From the NCBI GenBank assembly GCA_008369845.1, contig MRSU01010500.1, positions 1 through 46,198 of the forward strand: DNA of 46,198 nt, read 5' to 3'. Position numbers and translations under genes: made by a program. The DNA is from Trichomonas gallinae. Lineage: Eukaryota. Positions 1 to 8,962 of the stretch are shown here, piece by piece. Position 1 is the first letter of the stretch, and each line of letters starts with the position of its first letter. The notes below the pieces were generated by a model that saw only the letters and a program-made list of their open reading frames with translations, had not been told where the DNA came from and searched no databases.

Positions 1-74
1 TCACTATGTGCTCATTCTATATTATTAATTTACAGAATTTTTAGTTGTATTTTTCTGCCGGACAACCTTTATAT

Positions 75-157
75 TTACATGTCAAAATATAATTATGTCA
101 GTTTATATGACAAAAAATAGTATTTTACGTGACAAAAAAACATATATTTATGTGTCA
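75..157 (+). promoter_or_regulatory. Array of four TTAYRTGWCA motifs upstream of the Tom22-like gene
   Basis: TTACATGTCA 75-84, TTATATGACA 103-112, TTACGTGACA 125-134, TTATGTGTCA 148-157. Inr TCATT follows at 194-198 and ATG at 209. Confidence 0.55.
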
Positions 158-208
158 TGTTGACAGATATATTAATTTCAATAGTTGTAAATCTCATTAT
201 TAAAAAAA

Positions 209-337
209 ATGATGATGCAGCCACCACAACCATCAAAGTTCGAGCAGATCAAAGAAATCGTTAAGGAGACTGCTTGGGTTATTGGCACATCTGCTTTTGT
301 AATCATCTTTCCGATCTACGTTGCAGCCAAACTCTAA
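209..337 (+). CDS. TOM22: Tom22-like outer-membrane translocase subunit (hydrogenosomal), 42 aa; below the ORF-track cutoff
   Basis: Reads MMMQPPQPSKFEQIKEIVKETAWVIGTSAFVIIFPIYVAAKL*. The single TM segment W-x3-TS-x6-P has the spacing of Tom22 (human WIGTTSFMILVLP, yeast WTLTTTALLLGVP). Inr at 194, in-frame upstream stop at 188-190, stop forms TAAA, and it is a GC-richer island in AT-rich DNA. Confidence 0.75.
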   Translation: MMMQPPQPSKFEQIKEIVKETAWVIGTSAFVIIFPIYVAAKL

Positions 338-703
338 AATAAATCGATGTCGATCAATTCAATAAAATACAATGTCTGATTATAATACACGGCTTTCTTC
401 AATAGATAGTCATTTGATTAAAGTCTATTTACATTTTATATTTATTTTCTTTTTTTATAACAGTTTTTCTTCCACATATATCACATATTCCTGACAAATG
501 GTTGATCCATACACTAATTGTTTGGGTTTTATATGAATGGTCTGATTTTAAAATATAAAATTTTAAAATTGATCCATATTAGACTAAAAATGAAGAATTA
601 AAAGACTATTGAAACAACCCTTTTGCTGATGCTTTTAATAAAAATCATAATTTTTTAAAATCAAATTCTAAATTTTGTATTTTTATCATATTAAATATAT
701 TGT

Positions 704-1159
704 TTAGGCAACGAGGGCAGAAGCTGTCTGAGCGCTGTACTTCCAGTTTGGAGCAAGAACACGGCGAGCCTTGTAGTAGCGTGTAAGGCGGTGGATTCTG
801 GACTCGATAAGAATAAGGCGGTACTTGCCATCAACATCGTGCTTAGCATGCTCGAGGTGCTTGCGAACGTTTGTAGCCTTCTTGATAAGGTAGTAAAGTT
901 CTTCTGGGAGTGATGGAGCAAGTCCGTTGGCCTTAAGGATGCGGAGAACCTTGACGCCTGTGACAGCGCGGACCATACCGATGCCATTGCGGTCACGGAG
1001 GAGGGCACCGATCTGTGATGGGCGAACACCCTTCTTAGCGTAGTCGCAGATCATCTGAACTGTCTGCTCAGCGTTGTACTGGAGCCAGTGTGGTGCAGAG
1101 CGGCGATATGGGCATGTTGAGGAACTGATACCTTTGCCTGGGGAGTGAAGACGACCCAT
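704..1159 (-). CDS. RPS13: 40S ribosomal protein S13 (uS15)
   Basis: 151 aa; [14 protein letters not shown]...[16 protein letters not shown]...[13 protein letters not shown] are hallmark S13 sequences. Confidence 0.98.
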   Translation of the reverse strand: MGRLHSPGKGISSSTCPYRRSAPHWLQYNAEQTVQMICDYAKKGVRPSQIGALLRDRNGIGMVRAVTGVKVLRILKANGLAPSLPEELYYLIKKATNVRKHLEHAKHDVDGKYRLILIESRIHRLTRYYKARRVLAPNWKYSAQTASALVA

Positions 1160-1167
1160 GGATTAGA

Positions 1168-1172
1168 AAAGG
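1168..1172 (-). promoter_or_regulatory. M5 (CCTTT) alternative initiator of RPS13
   Basis: The minus strand reads GACCTTTTCTAATCC-ATG with no TCAYW Inr. CCTTT is the known Inr substitute on Trichomonas ribosomal-protein genes. Confidence 0.7.
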
Positions 1173-1581
1173 TCGCTCCAAAACGATTATTTTCCCCTCA
1201 AATTTGGGAATGGCCAAAATCTTTTTTATTCCTGTTTTTCTTTTATTTTCTGCTTATCTATGCTATTTCAATCCCATTTTTCATAATTATTTTAATTTTT
1301 GCATAATTTATCTTTGATTTCAAGCAAGATTTTAGTGTTTTCTACCTGTATTATTTTTAAATATAATGACACAAATCTATTTCTTTCATTCAAAAAGGTG
1401 GAAATCATAATATTTTTTTTTATAATTTTGTTTTTTAGATCTGAAGTAAATGAAAATACCTGGTAAATAAATGACCTTCATTCATAAGCTACTTGATATA
1501 ATTTTTTATTTAGGAAATTTTATTAAAAACGGAAAATCTATATAGTTTTTTAGAAAATTAACTAAGAAGTACAACAGTAGC

Positions 1582-2340
1582 TTATCTCCTAAAACGTAGG
1601 CCACAATCAAGGCATTCAACAAAATTCGTCATGGGTTCATCTCCGCCACGTGTTTGTACTTGCTCGAAAGTTGTCCTGTTGCTCTTGCATTTAGGACAAA
1701 TGAAGACACCTGAAGCTGTTCTCTTCGGTACTGGAACTGAAATTCCATGGGCAGCTTCTGCAGCGATCTTTTTAGCCTCTTCCTTCTCTTCTTCTGTCAT
1801 GAATTCTTCTCGGCTAGCATTTACGAATTTTGCTGGTGTTAAAGCACCAGATTTCAGTTTATCGACAATCTTGAAGTGAGCATCCTTATTATCAATGGTA
1901 GTAAGAATATAAATTATATGCTGGTTATAATCTTCTCCCTGCTTTGTTGCATTGACTTCATCTTCGATTTCGTTTGCAATCTTAAATGCAGTATTCTCAT
2001 CCATTCCGTGTTCTTTCAGAACCTTTCTGATTATTCTTCTCTTCTGATCACGCAAATCCGCATCTTCTACAGAGTTAGTGCGAGAAATGGTCTTCTTTGA
2101 GGAACCACCATCGTATTTTTCTTTGAGAGCTGTAGCCTTAGACTTAATTGTATCCTTCTTTGTTGTATCAATGATTTTCTTGAGAAAAACACTAATAACT
2201 TTGAACACGGCTTCATCAGTGTGTGTGCCGTCCAAAAGCTTATCCAATGCGTCGACGAGGGCGGCCTCGTTGGCGTCAGGATTGGCTTTGAATTTGATAA
2301 TAGAGGCTTTAAGAGCGTTTAATTCTTCGGCGCTAGACAT
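1582..2340 (-). CDS. TFIIS: Transcription elongation factor TFIIS (252 aa from MSSAEEL)
   Basis: C-terminal zinc ribbon CPKC...QVQTRGGDEPMTNFVECLDCG plus a central domain. Start moved to ATG 2340 because Inr TCACT lies just upstream and the track's extension is AT-rich promoter sequence. Confidence 0.9.
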   Translation of the reverse strand: MSSAEELNALKASIIKFKANPDANEAALVDALDKLLDGTHTDEAVFKVISVFLKKIIDTTKKDTIKSKATALKEKYDGGSSKKTISRTNSVEDADLRDQKRRIIRKVLKEHGMDENTAFKIANEIEDEVNATKQGEDYNQHIIYILTTIDNKDAHFKIVDKLKSGALTPAKFVNASREEFMTEEEKEEAKKIAAEAAHGISVPVPKRTASGVFICPKCKSNRTTFEQVQTRGGDEPMTNFVECLDCGLRFRR

Positions 2341-2346
2341 ATATAA

Positions 2347-2354
2347 AAAGTGAC
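2347..2354 (+). promoter_or_regulatory. AAAGTGAC (M2-type) promoter motif, representative copy
   Basis: Further copies at 2371, 7607, 11998, 36881(-), 37239, 37324, 38298 and 42103, mostly within ~50 nt of a start codon. Matches the Trichomonas M2 motif as I recall it. Confidence 0.55.
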
Positions 2355-2732
2355 AATGACCGGTTTTCGAAAAGTGACGATTTTTATAAAAAAATAAAAT
2401 TTCGGATTTTTGTTTAATGATTTCGACTACCTTCATTATAGTCATTACAAATAGCGTAATAAAAATCATTTTTATTAAATAATCGGAAATTTTCCAAAAA
2501 AAATTAAACTCAAAAACAATTTTAACAACTGGAATATATCTACAATCATGATTTTAATAATAAAAACTTAGGAATTTTCATTTTGAGTTAATATTTTTTA
2601 GAAATAAATTTAATTTTGTTTTTCATTGATACAAACATGGAAATATTCATAACTTCTTTCCTATGATGCATCATCATTGTCCAACGATTAGAATCAAAAT
2701 TTTTCAAATATTATTTTGAAATTATCAGTTTC

Positions 2733-2871
2733 ATGGAGTTTGATCCAGTTGGTAGTGCCCAGTCCATCCAAGACATGATATGGAACGACACATTCATCGA
2801 AGTTCTTGATCAGGACCAGTTGTCTGAGTGCTTGAAGGACATTTTTAATATTCACTCTATATTGTCAAATG
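2733..2871 (+). pseudogene. 5' fragment of a multicopy gene family (paralogue of 27917-28500)
   Basis: The first 111 nt match 27917-28027 at 96/111 positions (hand count). Homology resumes after a short deletion (ATTCACTCT...AAATG) and ends ~2871. TCAGT sits upstream of the ATG. Confidence 0.7.
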
Positions 2872-2937
2872 ATTACTTTGTTTTAATAACTAAAAGCTAT
2901 TATTTATATAACATACAAAACAAAACATATATAAGAA

Positions 2938-5900
2938 TTAATTGGAGCCAGTTGAGTTCGCGATTTCTTCCCATTTCTCAAGGTTGCGTTTAAACTGTTT
3001 ACCGACATCTTTAAGAAGAGGAACAGCTTGTGTTAAAAGATTAAATGCTGGTGCAGCGACAGCTTTGAGACGCTCAGAGTTCCACTTAGCAATCTCCTGT
3101 GGAGTTTTCTCGCTGGATGAATCGTCTTGGAATTCATCTGACAGAACAGATGACCATGATTTTTTGGAGTCGAATGGTCTAGCGCAGCTTGCCAAATTCC
3201 CAAGTCTTATAATCAGTTTCATCATCCTTGCACGCTGCTGTGTGTTGGCTAAAGGAAGAGTTCCTTCTGGCGTAAATGCTTGAATAACATCATCGAGAAT
3301 CTTCTGATGCAAAGAAACTTCAGTGCTTAAAATTGTGTCAATGACCAAAACCCAAAACTCTTGCAATTGCTCAGTCGACAATGATTGCAGGATGTTGCAG
3401 CCTGGCTTGCCAATTGTTTTGATGGCTGAGCTGCAGTGGAATGTCTCCATGACTGGCTGATCTTTGAAAAGAAGGCTCAAAGGTGTCTGAACTTTCGAAG
3501 AATTGCCGAGTTTTCCGCGGTGTCCCATATCATGGCACAAAGCAGCAACTAAAAGTGCCAAAAGTTCCAGTTTAGTGAAATTCGAGGTCAGACGGCCAAT
3601 CTTCACAATCATGTACGCCATCTGAGTGACATCCACAGCGTGGTTGAAGTTGTGGAATGGCACGTGATGGTACTGTTCATTAATGGCGACAATGAACCTC
3701 AATATAGTCTCTATCTGAATTTTGAATTCTTTTAATAATCCAAGATCGTGGAAGAAGAACAATAATATTCGAAACTGGTCATTCTTCGGAAAAGCAACTG
3801 AATCAAACTCTATACTTGAAACAGTAGACAGCAAAGGCTCAATAATCAATAATCTTGAAGGCATCTCTGTTGATTTCAATTCCGTTGAAGTTAGAATAGA
3901 AATCAGCTGACTTTCTGGCTTCCAAAAGTCTTCGGGCGACTTCGCCATCCATCTTTGCATGGCCAAACCCGCGAAAGCAGAGAAGTTTTTGAGCAAAAGC
4001 TGATCATCGGCCGTGAATTTTGGCGAACCAACTTTATCTACAGCTTCTATGACGCCGATAACTTGGTTGAGGGAGTCAAGAATTGGAATCGCGAGTATTG
4101 ATGATGGTTTGATTCCCATCTGACTAAGAAACGTCGTATTAAATCTTCTGTCAGCTGTCGGATCTTCTTCATTCACTTCACCACCTGATGTAGCGACGAA
4201 GCCTACAACGTCTTCATTTGTTGAGAAAGAAATCGTGTCATTGACAGCAATAGGATGACAAACGTGACGTTCTCTGTCGATTGCAAAGATAAAAACATAT
4301 TTTGATTCAACTAAATCTTTCGCGTTAGTTATAAGATTTGTCACCAACTGATTTAGTGTAGATGTCGATGACATTGATAAGACGATATCAAGTAGAGCAC
4401 TCATTTTCTTCTTTGAGATAGTTGCACTCTCATAAAGCTGAGCGTTAGAAAGAGCAATACCGCAGAAAACATTAAAAGCACTCATAAGTTCTATATCTGT
4501 GTTCGTGAATTCATTTCCATCGAGTTTGTTGATCATCTGCGTGCATCCCATAATGCTGCCATCGTTGTTCCTAATCGGAACGCACAAGATCGATTTAGTG
4601 AGATAGCCAGTCTTTTTGTCTATGGCTGGATTGAATCGTGCATCAGAATAAGCATCTGGAATATTAATGATTTCGCCAGTCTTAGCGACAGTTCCAGCAA
4701 TACCTTCACCGAGTGGGACGAAGATCTTGCTGTTCTCTCCATGTGCAACGACACTCCACAAGCCACCTCTCACTTTGTCGACCAAGAAAAGTGAACATCT
4801 GTCAGCATTAATAAAAGACTGAGCCTTTGTCATAACTTTTCTGATTAAAGCGTTCGTGTCTAATTCAGCTGACAATTCTTGTGCGACAGCGAGAAGTGCT
4901 GTATAATATTTGTGGTTCGTGCGTGCTTTCTGAATATTCTGAATATTGCTCTCGTGCAGCTGAGCGTTTTGTAAAGCGGAAGAATAAACCCTCGAAAGTG
5001 CCTCGAGCATGATTTCGTCTGTTTTATTGAACATCATGCCAGACCTTTTCTGTCTCGCAACGGCTACAAGCATGACAGTACCACTGCTCGATTTAAGCGG
5101 CATGGCTAGCAATGATCCATTCGGATATTCGCCGTCCATTGTCATGTTAAAATCGGGCCTTTCTTTCGCGATTGGAATGTTGATGATTTGTTTAGTTTTG
5201 TAGCACGTGCCTGCAATACCGGCAGAATCTATTGGCGTCTTTATGCGTGTAACTGAGCTGAGAGTGTCGTCATCGCTGCCTTTGCTGTGTGCTGGTTCTC
5301 TTAGTTGAACTAATGTGTTGTCCTTTTCGTCGGCGAAGAAAACTTGGAGAATTTCGCAACCAATAACTCTTGACGTTGTCAATTGGATAGATTCTAAAAG
5401 TGGCATGACTTGGCGATCGATCAATAAAGATTTAGTTGTATCTGTTAAAATTTTTTGAATCATTTCATCAAATCCTGAATCACCTTGATAAAGTCTTTGC
5501 AAACCAAGAGAAATGTAATCCATGATTAAAATATCATCGACTTTTGGAGGAATAACATTACCTTGTGGATCAATTCTATCTATAATTTCAATAACCCACA
5601 AAAGTTCCTTATTTTTGTCGAAAACTGGCTGAAGGATAACTGATTTAGCAAACTGAAGGAGCTGTTCATCATATTGTTGACTGTAATTTGGGTCTTTCGC
5701 TGGGTTATTTATGATTACTTTATCTTTAGTTTTTACAACTTTATCAAGGATGCCTTGTCCAATCGGAACAATCGTGTTTGAGGTCTGAGAGACGAGGATA
5801 CTTGCTGATTTAACGCGAATCCATAGAAGAACACGTTTACAATCGATCAAACTTCTTAATTTATCTTCAAACGTGGCAACAAATGTTGTCTTAGTGTATT

Positions 5901-6450
5901 CATTGCATAAAACTTCGAAAAAATGGTATATTTCCAAAAATCGCTGTATTTGGTGAAATAAATTTTGTGCAAATTCTCCGCGACGCGCAGTATCCTTGAT
6001 TGATTGCGCTTGTTTGATTGCATTCGTAAGTATCGCTTCGTCACCAGTTATAAAACATCTTAAAAACGTAGTTTCATCGATTGATCCGCGTGATCCTGTA
6101 GCTGTACTTCCTCTACTCATATTTCCGGCAAGAATAAAGTCATCACCTTGAATAGCTTTGACAGCAGACTCGTTTTTCTTGCTAATTGCGAGTTGTTGTT
6201 GTAATTGGCATTGTTCTTCAAAGCATTGTATCAATTCTTTAGCCATTTCAGATTGTATTTTAATTAAATTTCGGATTTCTGCTTCCAATTGAGCAACTTG
6301 CTGCGATTTCATCTGTAAAATTTGAGATAAATGGGAAAGCTGAAGATTATAGCCACCATCATTCAGTCCAACGGATGTAGACTGAGAAAAAGGTGTTAAT
6401 GCCCCTGGATCTATTGGCTGAAAAAATCCTGATTGCTGTTTTGCAATCAT
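2938..6450 (-). CDS. Multi-GAF class I cyclic-nucleotide phosphodiesterase-like protein (1170 aa), probably catalytically impaired
   Basis: N-terminal coiled coil; about 4 GAF repeats (DRCSLFLVD...GIAGTVAKTGEIINIPDAYSDARFN...INKLDGNEFTNTDIE, an NKFDE motif); PDEase motifs FHNFNH and HDMGHRG. Start moved to ATG 6450. Confidence 0.9.
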   Translation of the reverse strand: MIAKQQSGFFQPIDPGALTPFSQSTSVGLNDGGYNLQLSHLSQILQMKSQQVAQLEAEIRNLIKIQSEMAKELIQCFEEQCQLQQQLAISKKNESAVKAIQGDDFILAGNMSRGSTATGSRGSIDETTFLRCFITGDEAILTNAIKQAQSIKDTARRGEFAQNLFHQIQRFLEIYHFFEVLCNEYTKTTFVATFEDKLRSLIDCKRVLLWIRVKSASILVSQTSNTIVPIGQGILDKVVKTKDKVIINNPAKDPNYSQQYDEQLLQFAKSVILQPVFDKNKELLWVIEIIDRIDPQGNVIPPKVDDILIMDYISLGLQRLYQGDSGFDEMIQKILTDTTKSLLIDRQVMPLLESIQLTTSRVIGCEILQVFFADEKDNTLVQLREPAHSKGSDDDTLSSVTRIKTPIDSAGIAGTCYKTKQIINIPIAKERPDFNMTMDGEYPNGSLLAMPLKSSSGTVMLVAVARQKRSGMMFNKTDEIMLEALSRVYSSALQNAQLHESNIQNIQKARTNHKYYTALLAVAQELSAELDTNALIRKVMTKAQSFINADRCSLFLVDKVRGGLWSVVAHGENSKIFVPLGEGIAGTVAKTGEIINIPDAYSDARFNPAIDKKTGYLTKSILCVPIRNNDGSIMGCTQMINKLDGNEFTNTDIELMSAFNVFCGIALSNAQLYESATISKKKMSALLDIVLSMSSTSTLNQLVTNLITNAKDLVESKYVFIFAIDRERHVCHPIAVNDTISFSTNEDVVGFVATSGGEVNEEDPTADRRFNTTFLSQMGIKPSSILAIPILDSLNQVIGVIEAVDKVGSPKFTADDQLLLKNFSAFAGLAMQRWMAKSPEDFWKPESQLISILTSTELKSTEMPSRLLIIEPLLSTVSSIEFDSVAFPKNDQFRILLFFFHDLGLLKEFKIQIETILRFIVAINEQYHHVPFHNFNHAVDVTQMAYMIVKIGRLTSNFTKLELLALLVAALCHDMGHRGKLGNSSKVQTPLSLLFKDQPVMETFHCSSAIKTIGKPGCNILQSLSTEQLQEFWVLVIDTILSTEVSLHQKILDDVIQAFTPEGTLPLANTQQRARMMKLIIRLGNLASCARPFDSKKSWSSVLSDEFQDDSSSEKTPQEIAKWNSERLKAVAAPAFNLLTQAVPLLKDVGKQFKRNLEKWEEIANSTGSN

Positions 6451-6985
6451 TTTTAATTTTTTAAAACGTGTGAAAAAAATTGACAAATTAATATAGGGTT
6501 TTTCAAAATAAAGCAGGGGTATCTCCCCATTTTAATTTTTCACGCCCTAAATTATATCTTGATATGTATCATGGTAGAGCTTATACAAAAACGCTGTAGA
6601 CGGTCATTTGTAATTTGTTTTGGTTGTTCATCTTATGCATTTAATCACGATAATTTAAGTGTCTACAACTCATTGTGCAAACATGATGTTTCATTTGGAA
6701 AACCAAAAAAAAAGATGATGATTATCACGTTATAATAATGATGGGTATTAGAGAAGTATAACGTTGCCCATGTAGAAAATCTTGAAGTTTTTTAAAAGAG
6801 AAAAAAGTGATTCTTCTAGAATCGAACTTGAGCCATCAAAGATAAAAATTTTGACATTTGTCAGTATTTCAAAACTAGTTTTGTTCAAATATAAGAGTAA
6901 GAAATAGTCGTTGCTTATTACCGCGAATAGTTGCTATTAGAATCAGAACAAGAAACTTTATTTTTATCTAACAAATAAAAAAAAC

Positions 6986-7564
6986 TTAACAACATGCTTT
7001 TTTGTTGGATTTAGGCTTAAGCTCTGGTCCATCTTGAACTAACTCAGATATAGCAATACATTTTGTTGCTACCGCTAAGAATAATTCTTGGATATTTGCT
7101 CCAGTTTTAGCTGATACAAAGAATATTTCATCAAAATTATCTTTCAGTTGTAACTTTATCTCATCAATTGTTTTTGTTTCATCTTTCGCTAAATCCATTT
7201 TATTAATAACTGCTATGATGCTTGGTCTTTCTCCTGACTGTAATAACATTTCTTCCCATTTCTTCATTCTATTAATAGATTCCGGTGAATCGCATGCAGC
7301 AACAATTAACGCGCAATTGGATTTACGTGAATACATTGGCACCAAAGGAGCAAATTCTTCTTGACCTGCAGTGTCCCAAATAACAAGAGTCACTGTTCTT
7401 TCACCGAGCTGAATATTTGTGATGAAATGTGCAGATCCGATTGTAGGACTGATGTCTATATCGAAATCGGAACTGCACTGCCGAGAAGCGATCGAAGACT
7501 TGCCTACAGCGCTGTCTCCAATAATAATTACTTTGTATCTTTCACCAGAATTATTATCATCCAT
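6986..7564 (-). CDS. Rab-family small GTPase
   Basis: GDSAVGKS, PTIG, WDTAGQE, NKMD, SAKTG and a C-terminal CC prenylation motif. Confidence 0.93.
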   Translation of the reverse strand: MDDNNSGERYKVIIIGDSAVGKSSIASRQCSSDFDIDISPTIGSAHFITNIQLGERTVTLVIWDTAGQEEFAPLVPMYSRKSNCALIVAACDSPESINRMKKWEEMLLQSGERPSIIAVINKMDLAKDETKTIDEIKLQLKDNFDEIFFVSAKTGANIQELFLAVATKCIAISELVQDGPELKPKSNKKACC

Positions 7565-7960
7565 TGTTCTGTCACGTTTCTAAAAACCAATGAAAAAATT
7601 TTGAAAAAAGTGACAAATTCATTTCTGAAAATAATAAAACTAAAGAATGAGTGATTCTAATGCTAATGATCACTTAGTTTATGTGTTTTTACACGAATTC
7701 TCCGAAAAATACTAGCTATAAATTTAAATTATCGAGATTAAATTCTTTATGATAACATTGGTGGAAATTCTAAGAAATATCTAATCTACTGTATGTATAT
7801 ATGAAATAATAAAAGAAATCACAACAATTAATCAAGACTTGTGTAAATGTGTGATATTCATTAGTCGGACAACTGGAATTCTCTCAACTTTTAAGGTTTC
7901 CTTGGGAGCTTTACGTGTCAGCGACGATTATAAAACAATCAAAAAATAAAATTTTGAATT

Positions 7961-8060
7961 GAAACGCACTCCTAAATTCCCCGACCGGGAGCCATTTTAG
8001 GTGGGGTGGGGATATCCCGACATCCTTAGTTTAGCGAGAGAATATATTTATGAAGTTTTT
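7961..8060 (+). ncRNA. Candidate structured small RNA (three-way junction), family unknown
   Basis: GC-rich island. Helices 7965-7970/8028-8036, 7971-7981/7987-8001 and 8003-8011/8016-8026 fold with G-U pairs on the + strand. TATAAAA at 7929-7935, TTTTT at 8056-8060. Confidence 0.35.
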
Positions 8061-8116
8061 AAATGCCAAATAAATTTATTTACATGTCAATAATAAAAAA
8101 CAGAAGTTTACAAAAA

Positions 8117-8123
8117 ACCGTTT
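8117..8123 (+). promoter_or_regulatory. M3-like (Myb-type) core promoter element ACCGTTT
   Basis: Directly before TCATA and ending 14 nt before the roadblock ATG; fits the Trichomonas RCSGTT motif. Confidence 0.5.
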
Positions 8124-8137
8124 TCATATAACGTATT

Positions 8138-8437
8138 ATGAGTGAAGCAGAGAAGATTCTTAACGATTTATCTCAGAAAGAGGGCGTCATTGGAACAATT
8201 GCTATGACAAAAGAAGGTGTTCCAATCAGGACAACATTTTCTGCTGATGAAACAAACACTTTTTCTGCACTTGTTGCACATTTTATATCTAGAACACACA
8301 AAGCACTCGAGGAAATTCCAGAAGCTGGTGATCTCGAAACAGTACGTATTAGATCGAAGAAAAACGAGCTTATTATTGCCCCCTACGGTGAATATATCTT
8401 CATTGCTGTACAGAACCCTTTCAATAAGCAAAAATAG
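8138..8437 (+). CDS. DYNLRB: Dynein light chain roadblock/LC7
   Basis: 99 aa; GVIGTIAMTKEGVPIRTT...VRIRSKKNELIIAP...IAVQNP is the typical roadblock pattern. Confidence 0.93.
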   Translation: MSEAEKILNDLSQKEGVIGTIAMTKEGVPIRTTFSADETNTFSALVAHFISRTHKALEEIPEAGDLETVRIRSKKNELIIAPYGEYIFIAVQNPFNKQK

Positions 8438-8962
8438 GAGTGAAAACACTGTTTATGTTTAAGTAACCATGATATACGCCTGTTTTTGGTTGCAAATTAC
8501 TTGTTATGTTAAAATTCCTGAATATCCTCTCTAAACCTTGTTATAAATCATCTACACCTTTTTGATACTTCCATACTACATTATCAAATCTGAGTTTAAA
8601 AATATATTATCATATTTATGAATTAAGCTTAATTCATTATTCTATCATTATATATTAATGATGTATAAATAATAACACAAACACAACAAAAATGTAAATC
8701 TGAAAAATAAAAATTAAATAATATCACTTTAATTCATTTCTAGGACTAAAAATATTAATTAAAATGGTTAGAATAAAACTTATAGCCATTTGATGAAATC
8801 ATAATATAAAATAAATATTTATTTCGAAATAATTGGAACATTTTGGAATAACATCAATAAAACACTTGTTCTTAAAGAATAAATCATTATCTATGTTTGC
8901 ATATATCAAAATAATTAAATATGAAAAATGCGATATTTAATAAACATAAATAACAAATATTT

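Noticed and set aside
326..337. The Tom22-like peptide ends in AKL, a PTS1-like tripeptide
   Set aside because: It directly follows a TM helix and trichomonads are not known to have peroxisomes; more likely a basic tail-anchor end.
691..1029. 112-aa alternative-frame ORF over RPS13
   Set aside because: Non-ATG start; frame shadow of a codon-biased gene.
2733..2993. 86-aa ORF treated as an intact gene
   Set aside because: Only the first ~45 codons are homologous to the family; the rest is AT-rich 3' flank and antisense PDE.
6715..6790. ATGATGA box C candidate
   Set aside because: No CTGA box D or terminal stem at a suitable distance.
6545..8001. CCCTAAA (6545) and CCTAAAA (minus, ~7995) as telomere repeat or telomerase template
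   Set aside because: Single partial units, not tandem and not 1.5 repeats.
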